Positions 9,137 to 18,620 of a stretch of DNA of 63,738 nucleotides are shown here, piece after piece. Each line of letters opens with the position of its first letter. The stretch's first letter is position 1. The position numbers were made by a program, and so were the translations under genes. Source of the stretch: Myxococcota bacterium (GTDB lineage: Bacteria > Myxococcota_A > UBA9160 > PR03); assembly GCA_041611735.1 (NCBI GenBank), contig JBFIML010000024.1:1-63738 (forward strand). Reading direction: 5' to 3'. A model generated the notes under the pieces. That model was not told the DNA's origin. It made no database searches and saw nothing but the letters and a program-made list of their open reading frames with translations.

Positions 9137-10366
9137 ATGCCCGTCTACGCGTACAAGGGCGTCACCAGCGCGGGAAAGTCCACCCGCGGATTCGTGGACG
9201 CCGAGAGTGCCCGCGCGGCGCGTCAGCGCCTGCGCCGCGACGGCATCCACCTGACCGACCTCCAGGAGGGAGCCCGCCCCGGGGCGCGGGCCCTGGCGCG
9301 TCCCTCCTTCTCGCTGAGCCTGCCGAGCCTGCGGCGCATCGCGCCCCTGGACCTCGCCTTGGCCACGCGCCAGCTCTCCACGCTGGTGGGCGCCGGAATC
9401 CCGCTGGTGGAGTCGCTCGGTGCGCTGACGGAGCAGATCGAGAGCGCGCGGCTGAAGGGCGTGATGGGGCGCGTGCGGGACCGCGTCAACGAAGGAGCGT
9501 CGCTGGCGGAGGCGTTGGCCCAGGCCGGGCCCTTCTCGGAGCTGTACGTGGGCATGGTGCGCGCCGGAGAGGCGAGCGGGGCCCTCGAGCAGGTGCTGGC
9601 CCGGCTGGCGGACTACCTGGAGAGCCAGGTGCGCCTGCGCAACAAGGTGACCTCGATCCTGATCTATCCCGTCTTCATGATGCTGGTGGCCCTCGGCGTG
9701 GTCTTCGTGCTGGTGACCGTCGTGCTGCCCCAGATCACGGAGCTGCTGGCCACCCTGAACCAGCCCCTCCCGATCTACACGCGGGCGATCATCGCGCTCT
9801 CGCGGGTGGCTCGGGACGGCTGGTGGGCGTTCCTGGCCGCCGGGGTGGCCCTCGGGGTGCTGGCGCGGGCGGCCCTGCGCACGGAGCGCGGACGCATCGC
9901 CTGGGACCGCTTCAAGCTGAGCCTTCCGGTCGTCGGGCGCACGGTGCGACTGCTCGCCATCTCGCGCTTCACGCGCACGCTCTCCACGCTCCTGGCAGGC
10001 GGCATGCCCATCGTGAGGGCTCTCGACATCGGAAAGCACGTGGCGAACAACGTGGTGCTGGGTCGCGCCGTGGACGCCGCCGCCGAGAGCCTGACCGAGG
10101 GCTCCTCCCTGGCGCGTCCGCTGCGGGCCAGCGGCCAGTTTCCGCCCATCGTGGTGCACATGGTGGAGGTGGGCGAGCGCAGCGGCGACCTGGAGGGCAT
10201 GCTCAGCAAGGTCGCCGACACCTACGAGGAGCAGGTGGAGACCACGGTGACGCGGCTCACGGCCCTGCTCGAGCCGCTGCTGATCCTGATCATGGTCGGG
10301 ATCGTCGTGGCGATCATCGCCGCGACCCTGGTCCCCCTGCTGCAGATCACCAGCTCCCTGCAGTGA
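9137..10366 (+). CDS. gspF: T2SS inner-membrane platform protein GspF
   Basis: RQLSTLVGAGIPL, GEASGALE, YP, GERSGDL, LLEP motifs. Confidence 0.97.
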   Translation: MPVYAYKGVTSAGKSTRGFVDAESARAARQRLRRDGIHLTDLQEGARPGARALARPSFSLSLPSLRRIAPLDLALATRQLSTLVGAGIPLVESLGALTEQIESARLKGVMGRVRDRVNEGASLAEALAQAGPFSELYVGMVRAGEASGALEQVLARLADYLESQVRLRNKVTSILIYPVFMMLVALGVVFVLVTVVLPQITELLATLNQPLPIYTRAIIALSRVARDGWWAFLAAGVALGVLARAALRTERGRIAWDRFKLSLPVVGRTVRLLAISRFTRTLSTLLAGGMPIVRALDIGKHVANNVVLGRAVDAAAESLTEGSSLARPLRASGQFPPIVVHMVEVGERSGDLEGMLSKVADTYEEQVETTVTRLTALLEPLLILIMVGIVVAIIAATLVPLLQITSSLQ

Positions 10367-10379
10367 GGGAGGAGGAGGG

Positions 10380-10862
10380 ATGATGGGCGAATCCGGCGCC
10401 AACCGGACGGCACGCGCACGGCGGCGGGCCGGCTTCACGCTGATCGAGATCATGGCGGTCGTGCTGATCATCGGACTGCTCGGGACGATCGTGGGCACGG
10501 TCATCTTCTCCCAGATCGATCGCGCCCGGGTCACGACCGGCCGGGCCCAGCTCAAGCAGATCGAGGCGGCGCTGGACTTCTACCGCATGGACAACGGGCG
10601 CTACCCCAGCAGTGAGCAGGGCCTCGAAGCCCTGGTGCGGGAGCCCTCCATCGACCCGCGCCCGCGCGACTGGCGGCCCGAGGGCTACCTCCAGGGCGGT
10701 CAGGTACCGCGCGACCCGTGGGGCAACGAGTACAGCTACCAGAGCCCGGGCGCGCGCAACCCCCACTCGTACGACCTCTGGTCCCTCGGCGCCGACGGCG
10801 CCCCCGGCGGTGACGGAACGGATGCAGACTTCGGCAACTGGTCGGATGAAGACCTGGGCTGA
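10380..10862 (+). CDS. gspG: T2SS major pseudopilin GspG
   Basis: GFTLIEIM, ALDFYRMDNGRYP, DPWGNEY, SLGADG. Confidence 0.97.
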   Translation: MMGESGANRTARARRRAGFTLIEIMAVVLIIGLLGTIVGTVIFSQIDRARVTTGRAQLKQIEAALDFYRMDNGRYPSSEQGLEALVREPSIDPRPRDWRPEGYLQGGQVPRDPWGNEYSYQSPGARNPHSYDLWSLGADGAPGGDGTDADFGNWSDEDLG

Positions 10863-11440
10863 TGAGAGCGTTCCAGAGCACGACGCGCGCCGGCGCCTTC
10901 ACGCTGATCGAGCTCCTCGCGGTGGTGCTGATCCTCGGGCTGGTGGCCACGCTGGTGGGACCCCCGCTCGGGATTCGCTCGACCCGCGCCCTGCAGGACG
11001 CCGCGGACGGGCTGGCCGGCGCGTGCGAGTACGCTCGGCAGCGGGCGGTGATGACCGGACGCCCGCACCGGCTGGTGCTCGATCTGGACCGGGGGCTGCA
11101 CCGCATCGAGTGGGCTCCGCCGGCGCAGCCGGAGCCCCTTGCGGCGCCCGATCCGAGAGGTCCCATCCCGCTCACGCCCCCCGCGGCGGCGACGGAGGAC
11201 TTCGTGCCGATTCCCGAGGCCTCCGGACGCGACAGCGGTCTCGGCCGCGAGGCGCTGCTGCTGGTGGTGGAGCTGCCCGACGGAGGGACCCGGGAGGGAC
11301 GCGTGCAGATCCGCTTCGAGCCCGACGGTACGGCGGATCCGGCCGTGCTCTGGATCGGTGACGACGACGGGCGTCCGCGCTTCGCGCTCGAGGTGCGAAC
11401 CCTGGCGGATGCGGTGGTGGTGCGCCGTGCCGAGATCTGA
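10862..11440 (+). CDS. gspH: T2SS minor pseudopilin GspH
   Basis: AFTLIELL N-methylation motif, AR.RA, IRFEPDG; gene order. Confidence 0.85.
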   Translation: MRAFQSTTRAGAFTLIELLAVVLILGLVATLVGPPLGIRSTRALQDAADGLAGACEYARQRAVMTGRPHRLVLDLDRGLHRIEWAPPAQPEPLAAPDPRGPIPLTPPAAATEDFVPIPEASGRDSGLGREALLLVVELPDGGTREGRVQIRFEPDGTADPAVLWIGDDDGRPRFALEVRTLADAVVVRRAEI

Positions 11441-11999
11441 GCCGGGGCGCCAGGGCCTCACCCTGCTGGAGGTGATGGCGGCCGTAGCGGTGCTCGGCCT
11501 CTTCTACACCGTGCTCGCAGACGTCGCCATGCAGGGGCTGCGCGCCGAAGGAGAGGCGAGCCGACGCCTGGCGGCTTCGCTGCTGGCGGATCAGGCTTTG
11601 ACCGAGCTCGAGACGGCGCTCGAAGACGGCACGCTGCCGCCGCTGGGACGCACCCAGGTGGAGCAGGAGGATTTCCGCATCAGCGTCGAAGTGGCGAGCT
11701 TCGAGGTTCCCCTGCGGGAGGAGAAGACACCGGCCCGCGCTCGGGAGCCGGAGATTCCCGGGACGAGCCTGCTCCTGCCGGCCGCCCGGGGCGCGCCGGG
11801 ACCGCTGCGACGCATCAACGTGCAGGTGAGCTGGGTGGAGGGCCCCGGCGAGCGCGCCGTCTCGCGCACCACCTTCGCCTTCGACCGCGAGTCTGTGCGC
11901 ACGGAGCTGGACGCCCTGGACGCGGCGGTCGGAGCCCAGGGCGAGACGGCGGGGGGGCGTCCGGGAGAGGAGCTCGGCCCGGGCGGGGAGGTCCGATGA
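11427..11999 (+). CDS. gspI: T2SS minor pseudopilin GspI
   Basis: GLTLLEVMAA motif, LRRINVQVSW; GTG start at 11427 overlaps the gspH end. Confidence 0.8.
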   Translation: MPRSEPGRQGLTLLEVMAAVAVLGLFYTVLADVAMQGLRAEGEASRRLAASLLADQALTELETALEDGTLPPLGRTQVEQEDFRISVEVASFEVPLREEKTPARAREPEIPGTSLLLPAARGAPGPLRRINVQVSWVEGPGERAVSRTTFAFDRESVRTELDALDAAVGAQGETAGGRPGEELGPGGEVR

Positions 12000-12925
12000 C
12001 CGGCCCCCGTCGCCCTGCGGGCTTCACCCTGATCGAGATGCTCGCGGTGGTGGTGCTGCTCGGGATCGTGTTCCTGGTGGCGATCGACTTCTACCTGGAC
12101 CTCTCCCGGGCCAGCAACGCGGCGGCGGAGCGCACGCGCGAAGGCCGACGCGCAACCGCCGCGCTCGACCGCGTGGCCCGCGACCTCGGGGCCGCCTTCC
12201 TGGTGCGCAAGCCCGCGGCGGTCGACCCCCTGGAGCATCCCTGGCTGTTCCTGGCCGAGGCGGACGAGCCGAGCATCGGCGCAGCGCGCTTGAAGTTCGT
12301 GACTCGCGGCCGGCTCCCGCGACGCGATGCGGGCGCCGAGTCGGACCTGGAGATGGTCGCCTGGCAGGTGGCAGACGACGGCTTCGGCCAGCTGGCGTTG
12401 TGGCGCTGGAGTTCGCCACACCTCGCCGAGGGTCTCGACCGCAGCTTCCCGCGCCCCGACGCACCGGGCAGCAACCTGGTGATCGAGGGGATCGCCCGCT
12501 TCGGCGTCCGCTTGCTGGGCGAGGATGGCGCCTGGGTGGCCCGCTGGGACTCTTCCCAGCTGCTGCAGTCGAGCGAGCTGCCCCGGGCCGCCGAGATCAC
12601 GCTGGCCTTCGCCGCACCGGAAGACCTGCTGGAGGGGGGCGAGCCGGAAACCTGGCAGCGCCGGGTGCTCATGCCCATCCGGCCTCTCGATCTGGAGGCC
12701 CAGCTGGAGGCCGAGGGCGCCAGCCGGGACGAAGACGAGGAGGAGGACGAAGAGGAGAAAGAGCCGCAGGACTGTGTCACGGTCGGCCAGTGCCTGGCGC
12801 GTCACCCGGAGCTCGCCGCGGGCCTCGACCCGATCCTGCTCCAGGCCGTGCAGTCCCGCGCCCAGGACTGCGCCTCCGACTTCGCTGCATCGCTGCCCGT
12901 GGGGCTTCCGGAAGACTGCCGGTGA
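11996..12925 (+). CDS. gspJ: T2SS minor pseudopilin GspJ with an acidic, Cys-rich C-terminal extension
   Basis: GFTLIEML, RDL, W..RWDS...LPRAAEITL; gene order. Confidence 0.85.
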   Translation: MTGPRRPAGFTLIEMLAVVVLLGIVFLVAIDFYLDLSRASNAAAERTREGRRATAALDRVARDLGAAFLVRKPAAVDPLEHPWLFLAEADEPSIGAARLKFVTRGRLPRRDAGAESDLEMVAWQVADDGFGQLALWRWSSPHLAEGLDRSFPRPDAPGSNLVIEGIARFGVRLLGEDGAWVARWDSSQLLQSSELPRAAEITLAFAAPEDLLEGGEPETWQRRVLMPIRPLDLEAQLEAEGASRDEDEEEDEEEKEPQDCVTVGQCLARHPELAAGLDPILLQAVQSRAQDCASDFAASLPVGLPEDCR

Positions 12926-13956
12926 GGCCCGCGCGAAGCCAGCAGGGTCTCGTCCTCGTGGTGGTGCTCTTCTTCGCCCTGCTGCTCACCAGCTCGACGG
13001 CCACCTTCGTACGGCGCGCCACCATGGACGCGAGCATCGTGCGCAATCGGGAGGCCGTGGCAGCGGCCGAGGGGCTGGCCCGGGGTGGCCTGCGACTCGC
13101 CGAGGCGCTGCTGGCGGAGGACCTGCGCCGGGAGATCGCGGGCGGCAGACCGGGCGACAGCGCCCAGGACGTCTGGGCCCGGGTCGGGGAGATCCCGCTG
13201 CCCGAGGCAGCCGACGCGACCCTGGACCTTTCCATCGAGGACGCCGGGGCGCGGCTCAACCTGAACGCGCTCCCCGTCAACGACCCGGTGGCCGCCGGAC
13301 GGACCGAGCTGTTCCTGGTCGCGCTGCTGGAGAAGTGGATCGACGCGATGCCGGGTCGCCCGGAGGAGAAGACCTATGACCCGCTCGAGCTGGCCCGCAA
13401 CCTGATCGATTGGATGGACGAGGATCGCGTGCGACGCAACGGGGGCGACGAGGCGGAGCCCTATCAGCGCCGGGAGCCGGCCTACCGCCCGTCCGACCGG
13501 CCTCTGCTCTCCGTGGACGAGCTGCGCCTGGTGGAGGGCTTCGACGGGCGCCTGGTGGACGCCCTGCGGCCCTACGTGGGGGTCTATCCCCTGGCGGGTG
13601 GGGCCGGCATCAATCCGAATACCGCACCCCCCTGGGTGCTGAGCCTGCTCTTCCACGGCGTGGCCGGGGAGCTGCGACTCGCCGACGAGGACGAAGTGCG
13701 CGAGCTTCTGCGGCTTCGGGAGGAGGGCCGGATCATCTGCCCCGAGGGCGTGAGCGACGACCGCTGCGTGCCGATCTACGAGGCCACCCACGCCATCCAG
13801 GCGGGAGACGAGATCTTCCCGCCCCTGGCCCTGCGGAGCCGCGTGTTCCGGGTCGTGGCCCGGGCCCGGGTCGGCGACGTGGAGCGCACGCTCGAAGTCA
13901 TCCTGGATCGCAACCTCCCGAGCCTGCCCGAACGGCTGGCATGGCGGATGTCGTGA
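12922..13956 (+). CDS. gspK: T2SS minor pseudopilin GspK
   Basis: GLVLVVVL (no E5), IED.GARLNLN, LIDWMDED, ELRLVEGF, INPNTAP. Confidence 0.93.
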   Translation: MRPARSQQGLVLVVVLFFALLLTSSTATFVRRATMDASIVRNREAVAAAEGLARGGLRLAEALLAEDLRREIAGGRPGDSAQDVWARVGEIPLPEAADATLDLSIEDAGARLNLNALPVNDPVAAGRTELFLVALLEKWIDAMPGRPEEKTYDPLELARNLIDWMDEDRVRRNGGDEAEPYQRREPAYRPSDRPLLSVDELRLVEGFDGRLVDALRPYVGVYPLAGGAGINPNTAPPWVLSLLFHGVAGELRLADEDEVRELLRLREEGRIICPEGVSDDRCVPIYEATHAIQAGDEIFPPLALRSRVFRVVARARVGDVERTLEVILDRNLPSLPERLAWRMS

Positions 13957-15536
13957 TGCTGCGCGTGGATCCGGTGCTCGGAAAGGTGGTGGGTCTCGAC
14001 GTGGGCAGCCACAGCGTGAAGGCGGTGGAGCTGCGCCAGACCCTGCGCGGCCTGGAGCTCGAGCGGCTCAAGGCCATGCCGGCGGTGCCCGGCGGGGATC
14101 CGAGTCCCGACGCCCTGCGCAACTTCTTCCGCGCCCACCGCCTGCCCACCGAGCGGGTGGTGTGCGCCATCCCCGGCGATCGGATCACCCACCGCCACCT
14201 GCGTCTGCCCTTCACGGATCGCAAGCGCATCGCCCAGGCCGTGCCCTTCGAGGTGGAGGGGGAGATTCCCTTTCCCCTCGAAGACGTGTTCGTGGACTGG
14301 GAGCTGGCGGGAGGCGACCGCAGTCACGCGGAGGTGGCCGCCACGGTGATCCCCCGCGCGGAGGTGGCGGGCCGCGTGGAAGCACTGCGCCAGGCGGGCC
14401 TGGCGCCCCGGGTGGTCGACGGCGAGGGCCTGGTGCTCGCCAACCTGGCCGACGTGCTCGACCTGGGCGGCACCCGTCTGCTGGTGGATCTCGGGCACCG
14501 CAAGACCACGCTGTGCCTGCTGGCCGACGGGCGTCCGCGTGCGGCCCGCACCCTGCCCATGGGGGGACGCGCCCTGACCCAGGCCATTGCCCGCGAACGC
14601 AGCCTGGCCGAGCCGGACGCCGAGCAGCTGAAGTGCGAGGGCACGCTCTTCGCCGCGGGTTTGGACGGCCGGGTACCCGGTGCGTCGGTGCTCGAGCGAC
14701 TGGTCCGCGAGCTGGCGCGCACGCTCGGCGCCCTGGAGCCCCTGCTCGGCGGACCGGCCAAGGGCCGCATCGACCAGATCACGCTGCTCGGCGGGACGGC
14801 GCGCCTGCACCGGCTCGAGGAGTTCCTGGCCGGTCGGCTGGGCATCCCGACGGCGCGGCTCGTGGTGCCGCCGACCCCACTCGGCAAGGCGTTCCTCGCG
14901 GCCGGCGATCCGCTGCGCTACGCGCCGGCCCTGGCCCTGGCCGTCCGGGGCAGCCTGCGCGCCCGCACCCGCATGAACTTCCTGCAGGAGGAGTTCGCGC
15001 CGCGCGTCGATCTGCGTCGCCTGGGAAGGGAGCTGCACTGGACGGTGCGCCTGCTGGCGGGTGCGGCCGTGCTCGCGGTGCTCTTCGCCGCCACGGCCAT
15101 CGCCCTCGAGTCGCGTCGCGCCGAACGGCTGGAGACGGCCACCGAGCTGCTGTGGACCGAGGCGTTCCCTGGAACGCCCCCGCCCGCGGACGTGCCCGGC
15201 GCCCTGGGCAACGCCCTGCAGGACGCCCAGCAACGCGCCGACTTCCTGGGCGTCTATCGCGGCAACCTGTCCGCCCTGGACCTGCTGACGTCCGTCTCCG
15301 GGCGCGTCCCGAAGGACCTGCCGGTGGTGTTGGAGGAGCTGGCCATCGACGGCCAGGTGATCCGCATCCGCGGCCACGCTCCCAGCTTCGAGGCCGTGGA
15401 CCGGCTGCGCGCGGCGCTGAGCCAGACGGAGCTCTTCGCGGGGATCCGGGTGAGCGAGATCCAGAGCGATGCCCAGCGCGGCGGCAACACCTTCAGCGTG
15501 ACCATCAGCCTCGCGCGAGGGACGAGCGGCCAATGA
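13956..15536 (+). CDS. gspL: T2SS GspL (PilM-like actin-fold cytoplasmic domain, TM, PilN-like periplasmic domain)
   Basis: VGLDVGSHSVKAV, VDLGHRKT, LLGGTA, TM, then IRIRGHAPSFEAVD; TGATG coupling to gspK (alternative ATG at 13941). Confidence 0.85.
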   Translation: MLRVDPVLGKVVGLDVGSHSVKAVELRQTLRGLELERLKAMPAVPGGDPSPDALRNFFRAHRLPTERVVCAIPGDRITHRHLRLPFTDRKRIAQAVPFEVEGEIPFPLEDVFVDWELAGGDRSHAEVAATVIPRAEVAGRVEALRQAGLAPRVVDGEGLVLANLADVLDLGGTRLLVDLGHRKTTLCLLADGRPRAARTLPMGGRALTQAIARERSLAEPDAEQLKCEGTLFAAGLDGRVPGASVLERLVRELARTLGALEPLLGGPAKGRIDQITLLGGTARLHRLEEFLAGRLGIPTARLVVPPTPLGKAFLAAGDPLRYAPALALAVRGSLRARTRMNFLQEEFAPRVDLRRLGRELHWTVRLLAGAAVLAVLFAATAIALESRRAERLETATELLWTEAFPGTPPPADVPGALGNALQDAQQRADFLGVYRGNLSALDLLTSVSGRVPKDLPVVLEELAIDGQVIRIRGHAPSFEAVDRLRAALSQTELFAGIRVSEIQSDAQRGGNTFSVTISLARGTSGQ

Positions 15537-16081
15537 GCGACTGGCTGGCCCGCCTGCGTACGCTGTACGAGGGGCTCGCGCCGCGCGAGCGGCTCCTGGT
15601 GGCGTTCGCCACCGGCCTGATCGCGCTGCTGCTGGTGTGGACGGCACTGGTGAGCCCCGTCGCCGGCGCCATCGCCGGCAGCGAGGCCCGAGCCGAGGCG
15701 GCGCGACTCGAGCTGGAGCGGGCCGTGCGCCTGCGCAGGGACCTCGACGAGATCCAGGGCCGCCTCTCCGAGGTGGAGCAGCGCATCCGCCAGGCTCCGG
15801 GGGGCAACATCTTCACCACCCTGGAGAGTCTGGCGCGCCAGTCGGCGGTGAAGGTCGACTCCATGGAGCCCCAGAACTCGCCGGCCAGCGACCGCTATCG
15901 GGAGACGAAGGTGCAGGTGGTGCTCAAGGAGGTGAGCCTGGCGCAGCTCGTGAGCTACCTGCACCGCATCGAGGCTTCCCGCGAACCCCTCTCCATCAAG
16001 AGCCTGCGCATCCACACGCGGGCGGACAAGCCGCAATTGCTGAACGTCACCTTCACGGTCTCGTCCTTCGAGCCGGTGTAG
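15533..16081 (+). CDS. gspM: T2SS GspM
   Basis: LAPRERLL plus TM, coiled coil, V.L.QLVSYLHRIE. Confidence 0.88.
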   Translation: MSDWLARLRTLYEGLAPRERLLVAFATGLIALLLVWTALVSPVAGAIAGSEARAEAARLELERAVRLRRDLDEIQGRLSEVEQRIRQAPGGNIFTTLESLARQSAVKVDSMEPQNSPASDRYRETKVQVVLKEVSLAQLVSYLHRIEASREPLSIKSLRIHTRADKPQLLNVTFTVSSFEPV

Positions 16082-16084
16082 CGC

Positions 16085-16957
16085 GTGGCCGCTCGCGGAC
16101 GCCCCCCGACCGCGCTGGCCCCGGGCGGCGCCTCTCGGCTCCGCGGGGTGCTGCTCGCACTCCTGGCTTTGGCGGTGGTTGGGGTGTTCGTGCTGCTCGG
16201 CTTCCCCTACGACGCCCTGCGTGGCCGCCTGGCCACGGCCGCCGCGCGCGCCACCGGGGCCCAGGTGGCGATCGGTTCGCTCGCCCCGGGCCTGGGCCTG
16301 GGAGGTCCGCGGCTGGTGGCCCGGGACGTGACGGTGCGCTGGCCCGATGGCGGGGTCCTGCATCTCGAACGGGCGGGACTGCGGCCCGCCTGGTCGCTGG
16401 GCTGGCTGCGAGGACGGCCGGCCCTGGCGATGGGCCTGCGCGGCGACTGGGGCCGGGTGGACGGAACCGCCTACCTGGGCGCCCCGGGCTTCGACGGTCG
16501 CATCCGGGAGCTCGACCTGGATCGGCTCCCCGTGGCTCGCTGGCGTCCCGGGGCCGACCTGGACGGCACCCTGGACGCGGCACTCGATCTGGTCCGGGAC
16601 GGCGCCGCCCTGGTGGGCACCACCACGTTCGAGGCCCGCGACGGGTTGGTCGGCCTGCCCGAGCTCCCCCTGGCGGTTCCCTACGCACGGCTGCGGGGCG
16701 AGCTCCGCTTCGGGGCCGGATCGCTGGCCGAGGTGATCGCCCTGGACCTGGAGGGTCCGATGCTCAACCTGTCGCTGCAGGGCACCGTCGGCGAGGCCCG
16801 CATCCTGGAACGTGCCCCCCTGCGCCTGGCCGGACGCCTTCAGGTCTCCGACCCGGCCATCCGCGACGTCTTCGTGGCCCAGGGCATCGCGTTGGACCGC
16901 AACGGAGCCCGCGACTTCCGCGTGGCCGGGACCCTGGGCGCGCCCGAAGTCCGGTGA
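16085..16957 (+). CDS. gspN: T2SS GspN
   Basis: N-terminal TM, FPYD, C-terminal GTLGAP; last gsp gene. Confidence 0.85.
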   Translation: MAARGRPPTALAPGGASRLRGVLLALLALAVVGVFVLLGFPYDALRGRLATAAARATGAQVAIGSLAPGLGLGGPRLVARDVTVRWPDGGVLHLERAGLRPAWSLGWLRGRPALAMGLRGDWGRVDGTAYLGAPGFDGRIRELDLDRLPVARWRPGADLDGTLDAALDLVRDGAALVGTTTFEARDGLVGLPELPLAVPYARLRGELRFGAGSLAEVIALDLEGPMLNLSLQGTVGEARILERAPLRLAGRLQVSDPAIRDVFVAQGIALDRNGARDFRVAGTLGAPEVR

Positions 16958-17913
16958 GCGGCTCCCTGCAGAAGCTGTTCAAGACCCTGGCGGACCCGAC
17001 GCGGGTGCGTCTCCTGGCGCTGCTGGAGCACGAAGAGCTCGCGGTGCAGGAGCTCATGGGCGTACTCGGCATGGCCCAGAGCCGGGTTTCGCGCCATCTC
17101 GGCATCCTGCGCGACGCGGGCCTGGTGCGCGATCGGCGGGAGGGCACCTACGTGCTGTACCGCTTCGTGCCCCCCGAGGCGCCCGCCTGGCGGCAGACCT
17201 GGGCCCTGGTCAAGGAGGAGTGGGCCCGCGATGCCACGGCCCAGCGCGATGGCGCCGCCCTCGCCCACGTGATGGAGGCGCGGGCGGCGGCGAGCCGCGC
17301 CTTCTTCGACGCAGTGGGCCCCGAGTGGGATGCCCTGCGCAAGATCTTCCACGACGAGACCCTGCGCGCGCGGGCCATCGCGCGGCTGGTGCCCCCGGAG
17401 CTGGCGGCCGCCGACGTGGGCACCGGAACCGGCGTGCTCGCCCTGGAGCTGGCCCGCCTCGGGCTGCGGGTGGTGGCGGTGGACCACTCGCCGCGCATGC
17501 TGGAAGCCGCGCGCGAGAAGCTCGCGGCGGAGGGAGTCGAGAGCGTGGAGCTGCGTCTGGGCGAGGCCCAGGCCCTGCCCCTCCGCGACGCCGAGGTGGA
17601 CGCGGCCTTCGCCCACATGGTGCTCCACTACCTGCCCTCTCCCGCCGAGGCGCTGGCCGAGATGCGGCGGGTGGTGCGGCCCGGCGGCGTGGTGGTGGTG
17701 GTGGACTTCGTGCTCCACCAGAGCGAATGGATGCGACAGGAGCTCGGCGTTCGCTGGCTCGGCTTCGAGGCCGAACAGCTGGCGCACTGGTTCTCCGAGG
17801 CGGGTCTGGAGCGCCCCCGGGTGGAGACCTTTCCACCCGCCTCCCGCGGCCGCGAGCTGCCGGCGACCTTCATCGCCTCCGCGCGCCGGACCGCCGCCCC
17901 GCGCTCCCGGTGA
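16954..17913 (+). CDS. ArsR-family HTH plus class I SAM methyltransferase fusion (SahR-like)
   Basis: LADPTRVRLL...SRVSRHLGILRDAGLV.DRREG; DVGTGTG; HMVLHY; GTG start overlaps the gspN stop. Confidence 0.92.
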   Translation: MSGSLQKLFKTLADPTRVRLLALLEHEELAVQELMGVLGMAQSRVSRHLGILRDAGLVRDRREGTYVLYRFVPPEAPAWRQTWALVKEEWARDATAQRDGAALAHVMEARAAASRAFFDAVGPEWDALRKIFHDETLRARAIARLVPPELAAADVGTGTGVLALELARLGLRVVAVDHSPRMLEAAREKLAAEGVESVELRLGEAQALPLRDAEVDAAFAHMVLHYLPSPAEALAEMRRVVRPGGVVVVVDFVLHQSEWMRQELGVRWLGFEAEQLAHWFSEAGLERPRVETFPPASRGRELPATFIASARRTAAPRSR

Positions 17914-18620
17914 CGGGCGTGCCGCGCCTGCGCGCGGTGCTCCTGGACGCGGCCGGAACCCTGATCCACCCGGGCGAACCGCTGGGCGAGACCTACGCGC
18001 GTCACGCGCGCGCCCAGGGCGTGGACGTGCCCGCCGCCCGGCTCGAGGAGGCCTTCCGGCGCGTCCTGCGCAGCGCTCCGCCCATGCTGTTTCCGGGCCG
18101 ACCGCCCGCCCGGGTGGGCGAGCTCGAGCGCGCCTGGTGGCGCGATCGGGTGCGCGAGACGTTCCGGGCCGCCGATCAGATGGCACGCTTCACGGACTTC
18201 GAGGCCTGCTTCGAGGCGCTCTTCGCCCACTTTGCGCGCCCCGACGCCTGGCGGAGCGCACCCGGTGCGGCCAGCGCCCTGACCACGTTGGGCGCCGAGG
18301 GGCGGCGCCTCGCGGTGGTCTCGAACTTCGACCAACGTCTACCGGGTGTGCTCGAGGGCCTGGGCCTGGCCCGGCACTTCGATCTCGTGTGGCTGCCCGC
18401 CGAGGCGGGCTGTGCGAAGCCGGATCCACGCCTGTTCCAGGGGGCCTGCCAGCGTCTGGGGGTCGCCCCGCAGCAGGCGGTCTCGGTGGGCGACGACCCG
18501 GAGCAGGACCTCCGGGCGGCCCGGGCCGCGGGGCTGCGGGCCATCGACGTGGGCCACCTTGCTACCCTCGCGGAGCTTCCCTCGCACATCCATGCTCTCG
18601 AGGAGGAGACGTGCCCATGA
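17910..18620 (+). CDS. HAD-IA family hydrolase (REG-2-like)
   Basis: LLDAAGTL, VVSNFD, KPD, VGDD..DL motifs. Confidence 0.9.
   Translation: MTGVPRLRAVLLDAAGTLIHPGEPLGETYARHARAQGVDVPAARLEEAFRRVLRSAPPMLFPGRPPARVGELERAWWRDRVRETFRAADQMARFTDFEACFEALFAHFARPDAWRSAPGAASALTTLGAEGRRLAVVSNFDQRLPGVLEGLGLARHFDLVWLPAEAGCAKPDPRLFQGACQRLGVAPQQAVSVGDDPEQDLRAARAAGLRAIDVGHLATLAELPSHIHALEEETCP

Noticed and set aside
10862-11480. Non-canonical prepilin cleavage sites (A|FTLIE in GspH, G|LTLLE in GspI) and no gspO in the cluster
   Set aside because: Such variants are common in minor pseudopilins, and the peptidase is often shared with type IV pili elsewhere
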